A DNA stretch of 64,000 bases from an uncultured Gammaproteobacteria bacterium (GCA_964597575.1 CAZQXB010000001.1:338111-402110), one strand, 5' to 3'. Positions 53,760 to 62,880 are shown, counted from the first letter of the stretch. Translations and numbers: made by a program. Notes: a model not told the origin generated them from the letters alone.

Positions 53760-55025
53760 TTGGCTATGTTTGAACAATACTCTCTTAAAAATAACGCCCG
53801 CGTGATTCTCGTGCCTCAGGAAGATACGCGTTCAGTAACGGTTCTTATTAAGTATCCGGTTGGCTCTCGCTACGAACCGGAAAAACTCTCTGGCGTTTCA
53901 CACTATATCGAACACCTCATGTTTAAGGGTACGGAAAAAAGAAAAAATACACTCACTCTTACCCGTGAAATCGATCGCCTCGGAGCGGCCTATAATGCCT
54001 ATACAGGCAAGGAGTATACAGGGTATTATATAAAAGTAGATGCAGAATATACAAAAACCGCTCTCGACATTCTCTCGGACATGCTTTTTCGGTCGAAGTT
54101 TGACTCTAAAGAAATGGAGCGTGAAAAAGGACCGATTGTGGAAGAGCTCCGCATGTACCGCGACAACCCGATCATGAATATCGATAATATTTTTGAAGAG
54201 CTCATGTTCGACGGATGTGCCCTCGGTCGCGACATTGGTGGAACACCGAAACATGTAATGAGTTTTACGCGTCCGGACGTGATGAAGTTCAAGGAAACAT
54301 TCTACGGGCCAAATAATATGACGATCATTGTGGCTGGAAAAATTGTTCCAGAAGCGCGCCAGATGATCGAAACCTATTTTGGGCAGGAAAAGAATAAAGG
54401 AAAACCAAGTCGTGTTTTTTCGGCAGGAGTATTCGGATCAAAAGAAAAAAGCAAACGACTCGTGATTCAAAAGAAACAGACGGATCAGGCACAGCTTATG
54501 CTTGGATTTCCCGGGTTTGCGTATAATGCCAAAGAGCTTGCGGCCGTTGCAGTCATGAACACTATCTTAGGGGGATCTATGAGTTCGCGATTATTTATTT
54601 CTGTGCGCGAACGCCATGGGCTGGCCTACACTATTCGTAGCGGCCACGATAGCTTTCAGGATGCGGGGTACGCCTATGTGCGTGCCGGGCTTGAGCCAAA
54701 AAATATCAATAAAGCCTTAGCACTTATCCAAAAGGAAATTCAAAAAATGATTGATACACCGGTATCAGCGAAAGAGTTAGCTGATGCAAAAACTCACATT
54801 CACGGAAGTTTGGTTCTTGCCTTAGAAGATTCAAGCGAGCAGGCTGATTGGTATGCGCGGCAAGCACTGTTTGCTCCGTATATTCAAACCCCAGAAGAAC
54901 GTTTGAAGGAAATTGATCGTGTTACTGCGATCGATATTCAGCGGATCGCTAAAAAGATCTATAAAAAACAAGAAATGCGGCTAGCCATTATCGGTGATGT
55001 GGAATCAAAAAATATTGATTTTTAA
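53760..55025 (+). CDS. M16-family zinc peptidase (insulinase-like)
   Basis: HxxEH inverted zinc motif (GVSHYIEHLMFKGTEKR). Confidence 0.8.
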   Translation: MAMFEQYSLKNNARVILVPQEDTRSVTVLIKYPVGSRYEPEKLSGVSHYIEHLMFKGTEKRKNTLTLTREIDRLGAAYNAYTGKEYTGYYIKVDAEYTKTALDILSDMLFRSKFDSKEMEREKGPIVEELRMYRDNPIMNIDNIFEELMFDGCALGRDIGGTPKHVMSFTRPDVMKFKETFYGPNNMTIIVAGKIVPEARQMIETYFGQEKNKGKPSRVFSAGVFGSKEKSKRLVIQKKQTDQAQLMLGFPGFAYNAKELAAVAVMNTILGGSMSSRLFISVRERHGLAYTIRSGHDSFQDAGYAYVRAGLEPKNINKALALIQKEIQKMIDTPVSAKELADAKTHIHGSLVLALEDSSEQADWYARQALFAPYIQTPEERLKEIDRVTAIDIQRIAKKIYKKQEMRLAIIGDVESKNIDF

Positions 55026-55035
55026 TTTTTCCCTT

Positions 55036-55788
55036 ATGAGCGCCTCGTATATTTTCGGTAATTGGAAAATGTACCTCGATTATACCGAGTCGTGTATTTT
55101 GGCAAGTCAACTTGCGGAAGCCACTCCAGAAGTCGGAGAGGCTACTGTTGCGCTCTTTCCGACAGATCTCGCTATTGCCGACACAAAACGTATTTTAGAG
55201 GGAACGCCTATGCTACTCGGTGCGCAAAACTGCGCGTGGGTACCAAAAGGAGCGTACACTGGAGCCGTGTCTGCGCACATGCTTGCGGATATGGGTTGCG
55301 CCTATATCCTCGTGGGGCACTCTGAGCGACGGCATGTGTTTGGTGAGGATGATAACGATGTTCGAAAAAAGATCGAAGCGTGCCTCGATGCTGGGGTAGT
55401 ACCTGTCGTATGCGTTGGTGAAACCAAAGAAGAAAAAGAAACAGGGAAACGAGAATACCGTTTGAAAAAGCAGGTCATGAAAGCCTTTGAGGGTTTAGAG
55501 ATTGATCGAGATGCTCAGGTAATTGTAGCGTATGAACCCGTGTGGGCTATTGGTACGGGCGATGCATGCTTACCAGCAGATGCCGATGATATTCACGGAT
55601 TTTTGCTTCAAGAGATTGCGCTCTACACTCAAAAAAATATCCCGATCATCTATGGGGGGAGCGTGACGAGCGAAAATGTGGTATCATATCTCTCGCTTAA
55701 AACGGTAAGTGGTGTATTGGTTGGCAGTGCCTCGACTTCGTATGCGTCCTTTTGTGCGCTCGTTGAAGCCTCCCGTGCGGTTTCCTAA
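55036..55788 (+). CDS. tpiA: triosephosphate isomerase
   Basis: IFGNWKMY…, …ILVGHSERR…, …YEPVWAIGTG…. Confidence 0.9.
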   Translation: MSASYIFGNWKMYLDYTESCILASQLAEATPEVGEATVALFPTDLAIADTKRILEGTPMLLGAQNCAWVPKGAYTGAVSAHMLADMGCAYILVGHSERRHVFGEDDNDVRKKIEACLDAGVVPVVCVGETKEEKETGKREYRLKKQVMKAFEGLEIDRDAQVIVAYEPVWAIGTGDACLPADADDIHGFLLQEIALYTQKNIPIIYGGSVTSENVVSYLSLKTVSGVLVGSASTSYASFCALVEASRAVS

Positions 55789-55794
55789 TGTCGT

Positions 55795-56706
55795 ATGGTG
55801 TACACTCTTTTTCCTCTCGTCATCACTCTTGTGTCGCTTGCAGTTATTCTGATCATTGTTGGTCGGCGTTTTTCGCAACTGTCACTTCTTGATGTGGAAA
55901 GTTTGCCTGAGGTAAAAGAAGAAAAGAAAAAGGATGATTTTTTGCGGAAGAGGGTCGAGGCGAAAGCGAAAGAGGCTTCGGTTACGCGGCACAAACGGTT
56001 ACGACCGGTATTTGAGTATTGGAAAAAAATCCAACAAGCATTTCGGAAATATGTGGGTCAGGTGGAGCGTGCCATTATGCATGAGCGCGAAAAATCGCGT
56101 CAGGAAGAATCACCAAAAGATAAACGGGAACGACAAGGTGAGGTGCAGTCGCTCGTGGCTGAAGCGGCATATGCTGAAGCGCAAGGTGATTACCAGGGGG
56201 CTGAGAAAAAGTATATTGCCGCAATTCGTTTAGATACGAAATATCCAGACGCATATCGTGGGCTTGCGGAAGTGTATCGGAAGCAAGGGCAGCTGACCGA
56301 AGCCAAAGAAACGTATCAATTCTTGCTTCAGCTTGACCCAAACGATGATACGATTCCTGCTCGAACAGCGGAAGTTTTTGCTGAGAATGGGGAGATAGAA
56401 AAAGCCATTCAATATTACGAAAAAGCCGTCTTGCTAAATCCGAATATCCCTCAGCGCTTCCTTCGTCTTTCCGAACTCATGATGCAGCTTCAGCAATACC
56501 CAACTGCCCTTGAGGCAATTCGGCAGGCATTGGAACTGGAGGCACAAAATCCCAAATACCTTGACATGCTCACAGAAATCAGTATAATGGTGGGGAATAA
56601 AGAAGAAGCCAAAGCAGCGTGGGAAGAGCTTCGTCGCGTGAATCCAGATAATCAAAAGTTGGACATGCTCAAAGATAAAATAGAGCATTTGGGGGAAGAA
56701 AAATAA
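55795..56706 (+). CDS. membrane-anchored tetratricopeptide-repeat protein
   Basis: An N-terminal TM helix is followed by multiple TPR units (…AEAQGDYQGAEKKYIAAIRLDTKYPDAYRGLAEVYRKQGQ…). Confidence 0.7.
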   Translation: MVYTLFPLVITLVSLAVILIIVGRRFSQLSLLDVESLPEVKEEKKKDDFLRKRVEAKAKEASVTRHKRLRPVFEYWKKIQQAFRKYVGQVERAIMHEREKSRQEESPKDKRERQGEVQSLVAEAAYAEAQGDYQGAEKKYIAAIRLDTKYPDAYRGLAEVYRKQGQLTEAKETYQFLLQLDPNDDTIPARTAEVFAENGEIEKAIQYYEKAVLLNPNIPQRFLRLSELMMQLQQYPTALEAIRQALELEAQNPKYLDMLTEISIMVGNKEEAKAAWEELRRVNPDNQKLDMLKDKIEHLGEEK

Positions 56707-56717
56707 AAGAGAATCAT

Positions 56718-56800
56718 GGAAGGGTACCGAAGTGGTCAACCGGGGCAGACTGTAAATCTGCTGGCTTACGCCTTCGTGGGTTCGAATCCCCCCCCTTCCA
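56718..56800 (+). tRNA. tRNA-Tyr (anticodon GUA), type II with long variable arm
   Basis: GGAAGGG…GCAGA-CTGTAAA-TCTGC-(long variable arm)-…TTCGAAT…CCCTTCC-A. Confidence 0.8.
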
Positions 56801-56823
56801 CAAGGAAGTTTTATTTCCTTCGT

Positions 56824-56897
56824 GCCGCCTTAGCTCAGCTGGTAGAGCAACAGTTTTGTAAACTGTGGGTCGTCGGTTCAAGTCCGACAGGCGGCTC
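56824..56897 (+). tRNA. tRNA-Thr (anticodon UGU)
   Basis: GCCGCCT-TA-GCTC…GAGC-A-ACAGT-TTTGTAA-ACTGT-…GTCGG-TTCAAGT-CCGAC-AGGCGGC-T. Confidence 0.8.
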
Positions 56898-56898
56898 A

Positions 56899-56928
56899 AA
56901 AAAACGCCCTCATCTGGCGTTTTTTGGT
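56899..56928 (+). terminator. rho-independent terminator after the tRNA pair
   Basis: AAACGCC-CTCATCT-GGCGTTTTTT. Confidence 0.5.
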
Positions 56929-56976
56929 TGCACCTGCTATACTCTTCGTAGGTGTATTTATCTATTTTATTCGTAT

Positions 56977-57328
56977 GTGTAAATGCGGAAAAGGTGGGGT
57001 TTCCCATGTTGCATGGGGTTTGGTATTAATTGGAGCTTTGAACTGGGGGCTTGTTGGTATTTTTGATTTCAATTTGGTTAATTGGCTTCTTGGGAACTGG
57101 CCAATGGTAGAAAGAGTGGTGTATATTTTAGTCGGAATCGCAGCCGTGTATGGACTCGTAACCGTGTGCCGATGCTGTATGAAAGGTGCAGGCGCAAGTG
57201 GTTGCGGTTGCAATGGTGGCGCATGTGGCGCGAAGGGGATGGGTGGTGCATGTCCAATGTGTGGTAAATCTCCTTGTATGTGTGGCAAAAAAGATGGCGC
57301 CATGAACGGGCAGAATCAAATGAAATAA
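56977..57328 (+). CDS. DUF378-family small membrane protein with a Cys/Gly-rich, metallothionein-like C-terminal tail
   Basis: The DUF378 signature LVLIGALNWGLVGIFDFNLV is present. The tail CRCCMKGAGASGCGCNGGACGAKGMGGACPMCGKSPCMCGKK has 12 Cys in 45 aa. The start is ambiguous: ATG at 56977, or the upstream TTG used by the track. Confidence 0.6.
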
Positions 57329-57355
57329 TTTTCTCTAAAAGAAAAGAGAAGAAGA

Positions 57356-57386
57356 TGCGCTCTCTTTGCGAGAGCGTTTCTTTTTT
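57356..57386 (+). terminator. rho-independent terminator
   Basis: GCGCTCTC-TTTGC-GAGAGCG followed by TTTCTTTTTT. Confidence 0.5.
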
Positions 57387-57394
57387 CTAAAAAT

Positions 57395-58252
57395 ATGCCA
57401 GAACTTCCGGAAGTTGAAACAATCCGTCAAGATTTGCGACAGAAAATTTTACATATCCCAATACATGAGGTAGAGGTTCGTCGTGTCAGTATGGTACAAG
57501 GAAGGGTGGGGCATTTTCAAAAGGAGCTTCAGGGTAATTCAATTATTGAAATAGACCGCATTGGGAAACTCATTTTATTTCAGTTGAAAAATGGTGGCTA
57601 TGTGGCAGTACATTTAAAAATGACTGGACAACTATTGTACCGCTTTGACGACAAGTTAATCGCCGGTGGACACACCTTTCCACCGGTTCACGCTGAGCTG
57701 CCCAATAAGCATTCGCACATTATTATTACATTTAAGAATGCATCTACACTTTTCTTTAACGACATGCGGTTATTTGGGTACATGCGTTTTATTACCGATG
57801 AAGAGCGGGAAGAGATTGGTAAAAGGTATGGGCCAGAACCTTTGGATAAAGAATTTACGGCCGACTATCTTTCTTCTGTTTTGAAAAAAAGGAATATTTC
57901 TGTGAAAGCCGTGCTTCTGAATCAAGAACTCATTGCAGGAATTGGGAATATTTATGCCGATGAAACGTGTTTTGTGGCAGGTGTTCGCCCGGGAAGAAGA
58001 GCTAAGAGTATTACCAAAGCTGAAACCAAAAAATTAGTAGAAGCAGCCAGAAAAGTAATTCGGTTGGCGATTAAACAGCGAGGCACGACGTTTAATGACT
58101 ACCGTGATCCAGAAGGCCGAAAGGGAAATTTTGTGAAATTTTTGAAAGTGTATGGGCGAGGAGGAGAGCCATGCGCGGTTTGTGGCACGGCGCTTACACG
58201 TACGGTGGTGGCTGGGCGGGGGACGGTATTTTGTAAGAGCTGTCAAAAATAG
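57395..58252 (+). CDS. mutM: formamidopyrimidine-DNA glycosylase
   Basis: N-terminal MPELPEVET, H2TH region and a C-terminal zinc finger (CAVCGTALTRTVVAGRGTVFCKSCQ). Confidence 0.9.
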   Translation: MPELPEVETIRQDLRQKILHIPIHEVEVRRVSMVQGRVGHFQKELQGNSIIEIDRIGKLILFQLKNGGYVAVHLKMTGQLLYRFDDKLIAGGHTFPPVHAELPNKHSHIIITFKNASTLFFNDMRLFGYMRFITDEEREEIGKRYGPEPLDKEFTADYLSSVLKKRNISVKAVLLNQELIAGIGNIYADETCFVAGVRPGRRAKSITKAETKKLVEAARKVIRLAIKQRGTTFNDYRDPEGRKGNFVKFLKVYGRGGEPCAVCGTALTRTVVAGRGTVFCKSCQK

Positions 58253-58363
58253 AGCTTTCTTAGGGTTTTTTATCCTTATTTTTCCATTTTATGGCTAAAA
58301 TAAGACATATTGACATGTATGAGTAATTTCTATACAATAGAGCTGTTTTTCAGATAAAGATCA

Positions 58364-58437
58364 CGCCGTTGTAGCTCAGTTGGTAGAGCGCGTCCATGGT
58401 AAGGACGAGGTCACCAGTTCAATCCTGGTCAATGGCT
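58364..58437 (+). tRNA. tRNA-Thr (anticodon GGU)
   Basis: GCCGTTG-TA-GCTC…GAGC-G-CGTCC-ATGGTAA-GGACG-…ACCAG-TTCAATC-CTGGT-CAATGGC-T. Confidence 0.8.
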
Positions 58438-58476
58438 CAAAACAAATACCCCCATTTATGGGGGTATTTGTTTTGT
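58438..58476 (+). terminator. rho-independent terminator after tRNA-Thr(GGU)
   Basis: AAACAAATACCCCCAT-TTAT-GGGGGTATTTGTTT followed by TGTT. Confidence 0.55.
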
Positions 58477-58612
58477 TGCAATTTGTACTTAGGGTTGAAC
58501 TGGTGAAGGGTTTGGGAACCGGTAGGTTTCCACCTCATGCAGGGGGGATGGTTGAGAAGGGGTGGAAACCCTTTCGGAAGAGGAGCGAAGCGACGAGTGA
58601 AATGCCCGGTCA

Positions 58613-61282
58613 ATGGGTGGCTCAAATGGGTGTGTTCTTTCGCCTGTTTTGAAGAAGTTTTTGGGTGTATTTCGACACCTTCTTTTATTTGTGGTACTAT
58701 TGCTCCAAATATATCTTATGATGAACTATATAAAATTTTCTCACCCTTTTCGGTTTTTCTTTTATTTTAGTACAATTTTGATTGCGCTTGGAATTGGTTT
58801 CCTTCCGTTTTTCCATACTTCTCTTCAGTCGGCCACCTGTCCCACGCTCGTGCCTGGGGATCTATATAAAGTACCTGGAGTATCGACGGTCTATATCTTA
58901 AATGAAGAAAGCAAAAGCGTGTATTATCCGAATAGCCCGGTTTTTCAATCGTGGCATGATCCAAACACGGCTGTCATTCATCAAATCGACCCGAGCTGTG
59001 CAGATCTTTATCCAACCCCTACTCGACCACCATACGGCGTGAATTATCGCCCCGGAACACTCATGAAAAACCCCTCCAGTGCTCGCGTGTATGCCATTAG
59101 TCGAGGTGGAGTACTTCACCCTATTCCCTCAGAAGGTGTAGCGAGAAGTGTTTATGGTCTCAATTGGGCCCGCCTTGTGAAAGATGTCTCTCAAGTGTTT
59201 TGGCAAAATTACCGTATTTCCACTTCATCGGTTCAAATGGGTGTTCCCCCAGAAGGTATGCTTGCGTCTCGTGGAGAAAACGAGGTATATGAGTTTCGAA
59301 ATAATGCCTGGGCACGAGTAGCGGGTACCATTCCTTTATTTGCGCGATCAACGGTAGTGCCCATGGACACCATCCTTTTTTCAAATTTTCAAGTCGGAAC
59401 GCAGTCAGTGGCGGCGGACACTTTAGGGGCAAATGTGGCAAGAACAGGGGAAGAGGATTTAAACGACCTCCAAGAGTGGAATGATTTGTATATCGCCCTC
59501 AACCAATCGAATAGCGGGTCAACGTCTTCTACGACCTCTTCCCCTACGTCTACATCCTCAAACACTGCGTCGTCCTCAACACCATCAACTGGTACACCAT
59601 CGTCTACCCAACCAACGGTAAGAAGTGGTGGTAGTGGAGGAGGAAGCGGCGGTGGCGGAAGTCCACCCCCTCCACCACCTTCGACTGCGCCAGATATTAC
59701 CCTTGATAGCTCTGTTTCTACAAGCACCATTGCACTCGGTGGAATAATTAACATTACCTACAGCTATCAGAACGCTGGGGATGCTGATGCGAGCGGTGTT
59801 GTGATTACGGCCACTGTTCCAACGGGTACAACATTTAGGGCAGCAAGCAGCAGTTCTTGGAGTTGTAGTGATGGTGCTGCTGCAGGAACCGCCTGCGCCC
59901 ATACTGTTTCAAGCCTTTCTCTTGGTGTAACAGGAACTGCAGCGTTTGTGTTAAATACGCTTTCTGCAAGTGTGGGGACTGTTATTGTGAGCGCGAGCGT
60001 TGTCGCCACTGAAACAGAATCGAATTCTTCAAATAACGCTGAAACAACGACAGTGACTGTGATTGCCACAAACTTGTCGGTCACAGCGACATCGACCTAT
60101 TCCCGCGTTATGCCGGGTGGGACAATTGTATACACCTTAAGTTATAGAAACTTTGGTACGGCCGCTGCAACAGGTACCACCATTACCGTACCCGTACCTA
60201 CGAGCACTACTTTCCGGAGTGCCTCAAGTACGGGAACATGGAGTTGTGCTGACGGCTCTGTGGGTGGAACAAGTTGTGTGGCAACCATCGGTGCTTTAGC
60301 TGTGGGAAGCGCTACGTCAAGTATCAATTTTGCGGTTCGTTCCGTAAATGCATTTGTTGGAACCGCTACGGCTACGGTTACTATTGCTGATGCTGGGACT
60401 AACGGAAGTGATTCCAACACCTCAAACAATGCGGTGGCGCACCCTGTTCGTGTTGCTTTCCTTTCGGATAGTGATAACTATATAACATCTCTTGCCTCAG
60501 ACCTTGATCAGTTTTCAGATACGAGTTCCTCGACCTATGCGAGTTTAGGTTCGTATAAAATGATGCCAGGAACCGGAACAACATTTATTGTGTTAAACGG
60601 CGTCCTAGGCTTTCCCTCAGGGGCAACAGACCCAACGATCTCTCACCCAACTCCTTTGCCAGCGAGCACCTCGACACCTCTCCGATATGCACACACTCAG
60701 CTTGTGAGTGGGGATGGTTCATCTGAACCAGCCGGAATTTTCGGGGAAGTTAATGGGCGACTCTTTTCAGCTACAAATGGTTTTTATGCGCGTTCTCGTG
60801 TATCGCGCGCCACCAATAACTTTGGTGCACGCGGAACCATTCTTATGATGGGGACAAACTTTGGTTCACCTGGGTTCGAGCCATCATTTCTTGAAAATGG
60901 TATCGGGTATGGCTTTAACAGTACGTTTGCTACCTCAACCGGTTACCATTTCTTCTTGCGTTCAGGTACGTATGATACGGGTGATCCTTCTATTGGTTTA
61001 ACTGATGTGGCGCTTGGGTCGACGGCTCCACGCGATGACCGAATGTACGAAGCTACCATTATCGTCGAAGCCGGAGCAACAACGGGTACAGCTCGATTGC
61101 TCGATTTATCAGATCCGGATAATCCGGTAGTCGCCGATTCTCGTACGTTTACTGTGCCAAGCTCAACCGGGGTCTTTTTTCCAGAAGTGAACGCGTCACC
61201 TGGTCCAGCAGCTTCGGGTCAAACCCCGCAGACGTTTAGAATTTACACTATTAATGGAACCCAGTACTTGCCGAATAACTAA
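58613..61282 (+). CDS. large secreted/cell-surface protein with DUF11-type tandem repeats and a Ser/Thr/Gly/Pro-rich linker
   Basis: An N-terminal hydrophobic anchor or signal is present (the probable start is the Met of MMNYIKF… at about 58718). A low-complexity tract runs SSTTSSPTSTSSNTASSSTPSTGTPSST…SGGGSGGGGSPPPPPPS. Two DUF11-like repeats follow (…TYSYQNAGDADASGVVITATVPTGTTFRAASSSSWSCSDGAAAGTAC… and …TLSYRNFGTAAATGTTITVPVPTSTTFRSASSTGTWSCADGSVGGTSC…), then a roughly 300-aa C-terminal domain. Confidence 0.7.
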   Translation: MGGSNGCVLSPVLKKFLGVFRHLLLFVVLLLQIYLMMNYIKFSHPFRFFFYFSTILIALGIGFLPFFHTSLQSATCPTLVPGDLYKVPGVSTVYILNEESKSVYYPNSPVFQSWHDPNTAVIHQIDPSCADLYPTPTRPPYGVNYRPGTLMKNPSSARVYAISRGGVLHPIPSEGVARSVYGLNWARLVKDVSQVFWQNYRISTSSVQMGVPPEGMLASRGENEVYEFRNNAWARVAGTIPLFARSTVVPMDTILFSNFQVGTQSVAADTLGANVARTGEEDLNDLQEWNDLYIALNQSNSGSTSSTTSSPTSTSSNTASSSTPSTGTPSSTQPTVRSGGSGGGSGGGGSPPPPPPSTAPDITLDSSVSTSTIALGGIINITYSYQNAGDADASGVVITATVPTGTTFRAASSSSWSCSDGAAAGTACAHTVSSLSLGVTGTAAFVLNTLSASVGTVIVSASVVATETESNSSNNAETTTVTVIATNLSVTATSTYSRVMPGGTIVYTLSYRNFGTAAATGTTITVPVPTSTTFRSASSTGTWSCADGSVGGTSCVATIGALAVGSATSSINFAVRSVNAFVGTATATVTIADAGTNGSDSNTSNNAVAHPVRVAFLSDSDNYITSLASDLDQFSDTSSSTYASLGSYKMMPGTGTTFIVLNGVLGFPSGATDPTISHPTPLPASTSTPLRYAHTQLVSGDGSSEPAGIFGEVNGRLFSATNGFYARSRVSRATNNFGARGTILMMGTNFGSPGFEPSFLENGIGYGFNSTFATSTGYHFFLRSGTYDTGDPSIGLTDVALGSTAPRDDRMYEATIIVEAGATTGTARLLDLSDPDNPVVADSRTFTVPSSTGVFFPEVNASPGPAASGQTPQTFRIYTINGTQYLPNN

Positions 61283-61288
61283 AGGAGT

Positions 61289-61630
61289 ATGTCAGAAAGA
61301 AAAAGGCCTTCGTTTGAGGTGTTGCAAGGAGGTAAAAAAGAAGTGGGCGAAGAGGTGAATCCTAGCAAAGAAAGAACAATATCCGCTATACAATTTCATG
61401 AAAGAATGAGAGGGAAAATTCGTGAGATGGTTCTTTTAGATTCCGATCGTATCCTTTCAGATGAAGAGGTGGATTTTCTGGCAGAGCGTATTCCTGTTTT
61501 GGCCATGAAACCAAAAGCCTCTCTTGAGGTACACAAAAAATTAATCGCTCTCAAAGAAATAAATGATCGCTTTCCAGAACTTACTCATCTTTTTTACAAA
61601 AGTGGCAAAGAGGATGGGGGAGACGAATGA
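61289..61630 (+). CDS. small hypothetical protein immediately downstream of the surface protein
   Basis: 113 aa, charged and helical, starting 7 nt after the preceding stop. Confidence 0.4.
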   Translation: MSERKRPSFEVLQGGKKEVGEEVNPSKERTISAIQFHERMRGKIREMVLLDSDRILSDEEVDFLAERIPVLAMKPKASLEVHKKLIALKEINDRFPELTHLFYKSGKEDGGDE

Positions 61631-61659
61631 CGGGAAATGATAGAGGCCTCTATCATAAA

Positions 61660-61697
61660 AAAAGCCGACACACACATGTCGGCTTTTTTTATTTTTA
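61660..61697. terminator. bidirectional terminator between convergent genes
   Basis: AAAAAAGCCGACA-CACACA-TGTCGGCTTTTTTT. Confidence 0.55.
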
Positions 61698-62150
61698 AAC
61701 ATCAAGTGGCCCTGCACGCCGAAGAATAAGGTCAGGGTCATTCTTCCAATCCATGCCCGGGACATCGACATAGAGTTCAATCTCATTTCCATCAGGATCC
61801 TCAATATACAAACTTTGAGTGATGGTATGATCGGTCCCTGCATAGGGAATATTATTTTTTTCAAGTGTTTTTATTGCCGAGAGGAGCTCTTCTCGAGTAT
61901 CTCCGATTTTTAAACCAAAATGGTATAAACCAACGCGAAGACCCTCTGGGATCGGCTGTGCGCTTTCCCCAACTTCAATTAAGAGAAGTTCATGGTGTGT
62001 TCGTCCGCCCGAAAAGAGGGCGATCCCTCGAAAATCTTTTGCGGAAATACGTTTCCATCCCAGGATGTGTTCATAAAAATGGGCAGACTTTTCAGCATTT
62101 CGAACATAGAGTACTAGGTGTCCGAGCTCTTTTATGCGTATTTCATTCAT
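61695..62150 (-). CDS. VOC/glyoxalase-bleomycin-resistance family protein
   Basis: GHLVLYVRNAEKSAHFYEHILGW…GLYHFGLKIG…EDPDGNEIELY. Confidence 0.8.
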   Translation of the reverse strand: MNEIRIKELGHLVLYVRNAEKSAHFYEHILGWKRISAKDFRGIALFSGGRTHHELLLIEVGESAQPIPEGLRVGLYHFGLKIGDTREELLSAIKTLEKNNIPYAGTDHTITQSLYIEDPDGNEIELYVDVPGMDWKNDPDLILRRAGPLDV

Positions 62151-62285
62151 AAGCGTTGTTTTAGAAATTAGGCATTTTATACTGTATCATCTCTAATCAT
62201 TAGTGCCAAAAGGATCTGTCTGTGAGCTTTCTTTTATATAGGAGGTTACGGGTTTAATTTCCAAAAAAAGAAGCCCTACTTACCC

Positions 62286-62314
62286 CTTGACAAAATCGCA
62301 GATTTGTGCTATAC
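62286..62314 (+). promoter_or_regulatory. near-consensus sigma-70 promoter, followed by a roughly 170-nt 5' UTR, for the RRM protein gene
   Basis: TTGACA, 17 nt, then TATACT. The UTR contains the hairpin CCCAACCTCATGTTGGG and a further GC-rich stem. Confidence 0.5.
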
Positions 62315-62487
62315 TGAAATTTCCCAACCTCATGTTGGGCAAAACCAGGGTACGCTAGGTTTTCTCAATGGTTCCCAAATTTTCGATATTTTGTTACTCT
62401 CCGTGCACGCGGATGTAGCCGAGTAAAAGAGAACAGTGGTCCGTGAGAAGTTCTCTACGAGCTCGGTGTTACATTCATAATTTTCGT

Positions 62488-62796
62488 ATGGAAAATAAAT
62501 TGTTTATCGGTGGGCTCTCATACAGCACTACTGAAGAAAGCTTACGCAACGCGTTTGCTCAGGCTGGTACCGTTACTTCTGTCCGCATCATGATGGACAA
62601 AATGACCGGTCGCCCTCGTGGTTTCGGTTTCGTTGAAATGGCTACTGACGAAGAAGCTCAGAAAGCAATTCAAATGTTCGATGGACAAGAGCTCGATGGC
62701 CGCAAGATTGCAGTCAACATCGCTCGCCCACTCGAAGACCGCCCACCTCGCCGCAACAACTTCGGCGGTGGTAGCCGTGGTGGCAGCCAGTACTAA
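62488..62796 (+). CDS. RRM-domain RNA-binding protein with a Gly/Arg-rich tail
   Basis: RNP-2 LFIGGLSY and RNP-1 RGFGFVEM, with tail RPPRRNNFGGGSRGGSQY. Confidence 0.85.
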   Translation: MENKLFIGGLSYSTTEESLRNAFAQAGTVTSVRIMMDKMTGRPRGFGFVEMATDEEAQKAIQMFDGQELDGRKIAVNIARPLEDRPPRRNNFGGGSRGGSQY

Positions 62797-62842
62797 GAGG
62801 TTTTGGGAGAGCGCACGTGCATGCCGCTTTACCACTCTTACC

Positions 62843-62880
62843 AAAAACCCCTTTCGTCTCTGACGAGGGGGTTTTTGTTT
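62843..62880 (+). terminator. rho-independent terminator after the RRM gene
   Basis: AAAAACCCC-TTTCGTCTCTGACGA-GGGGGTTTTTGTTTT (bulged stem). Confidence 0.5.

Noticed and set aside
56714-57007. ORFs 56716–56982 (+) and 56714–57007 (−) covering tRNA-Tyr and tRNA-Thr
   Set aside because: They overlap two confidently folded tRNAs and a terminator, and are not coding.
59560-59700. GC-rich, repetitive stretch inside the surface-protein gene
   Set aside because: It encodes the Ser/Thr/Gly/Pro linker (SGGGSGGGGSPPPPPPS). It is low-complexity coding sequence, not a separate repeat element or foreign island, and third positions are not GC-skewed as in the two islands.
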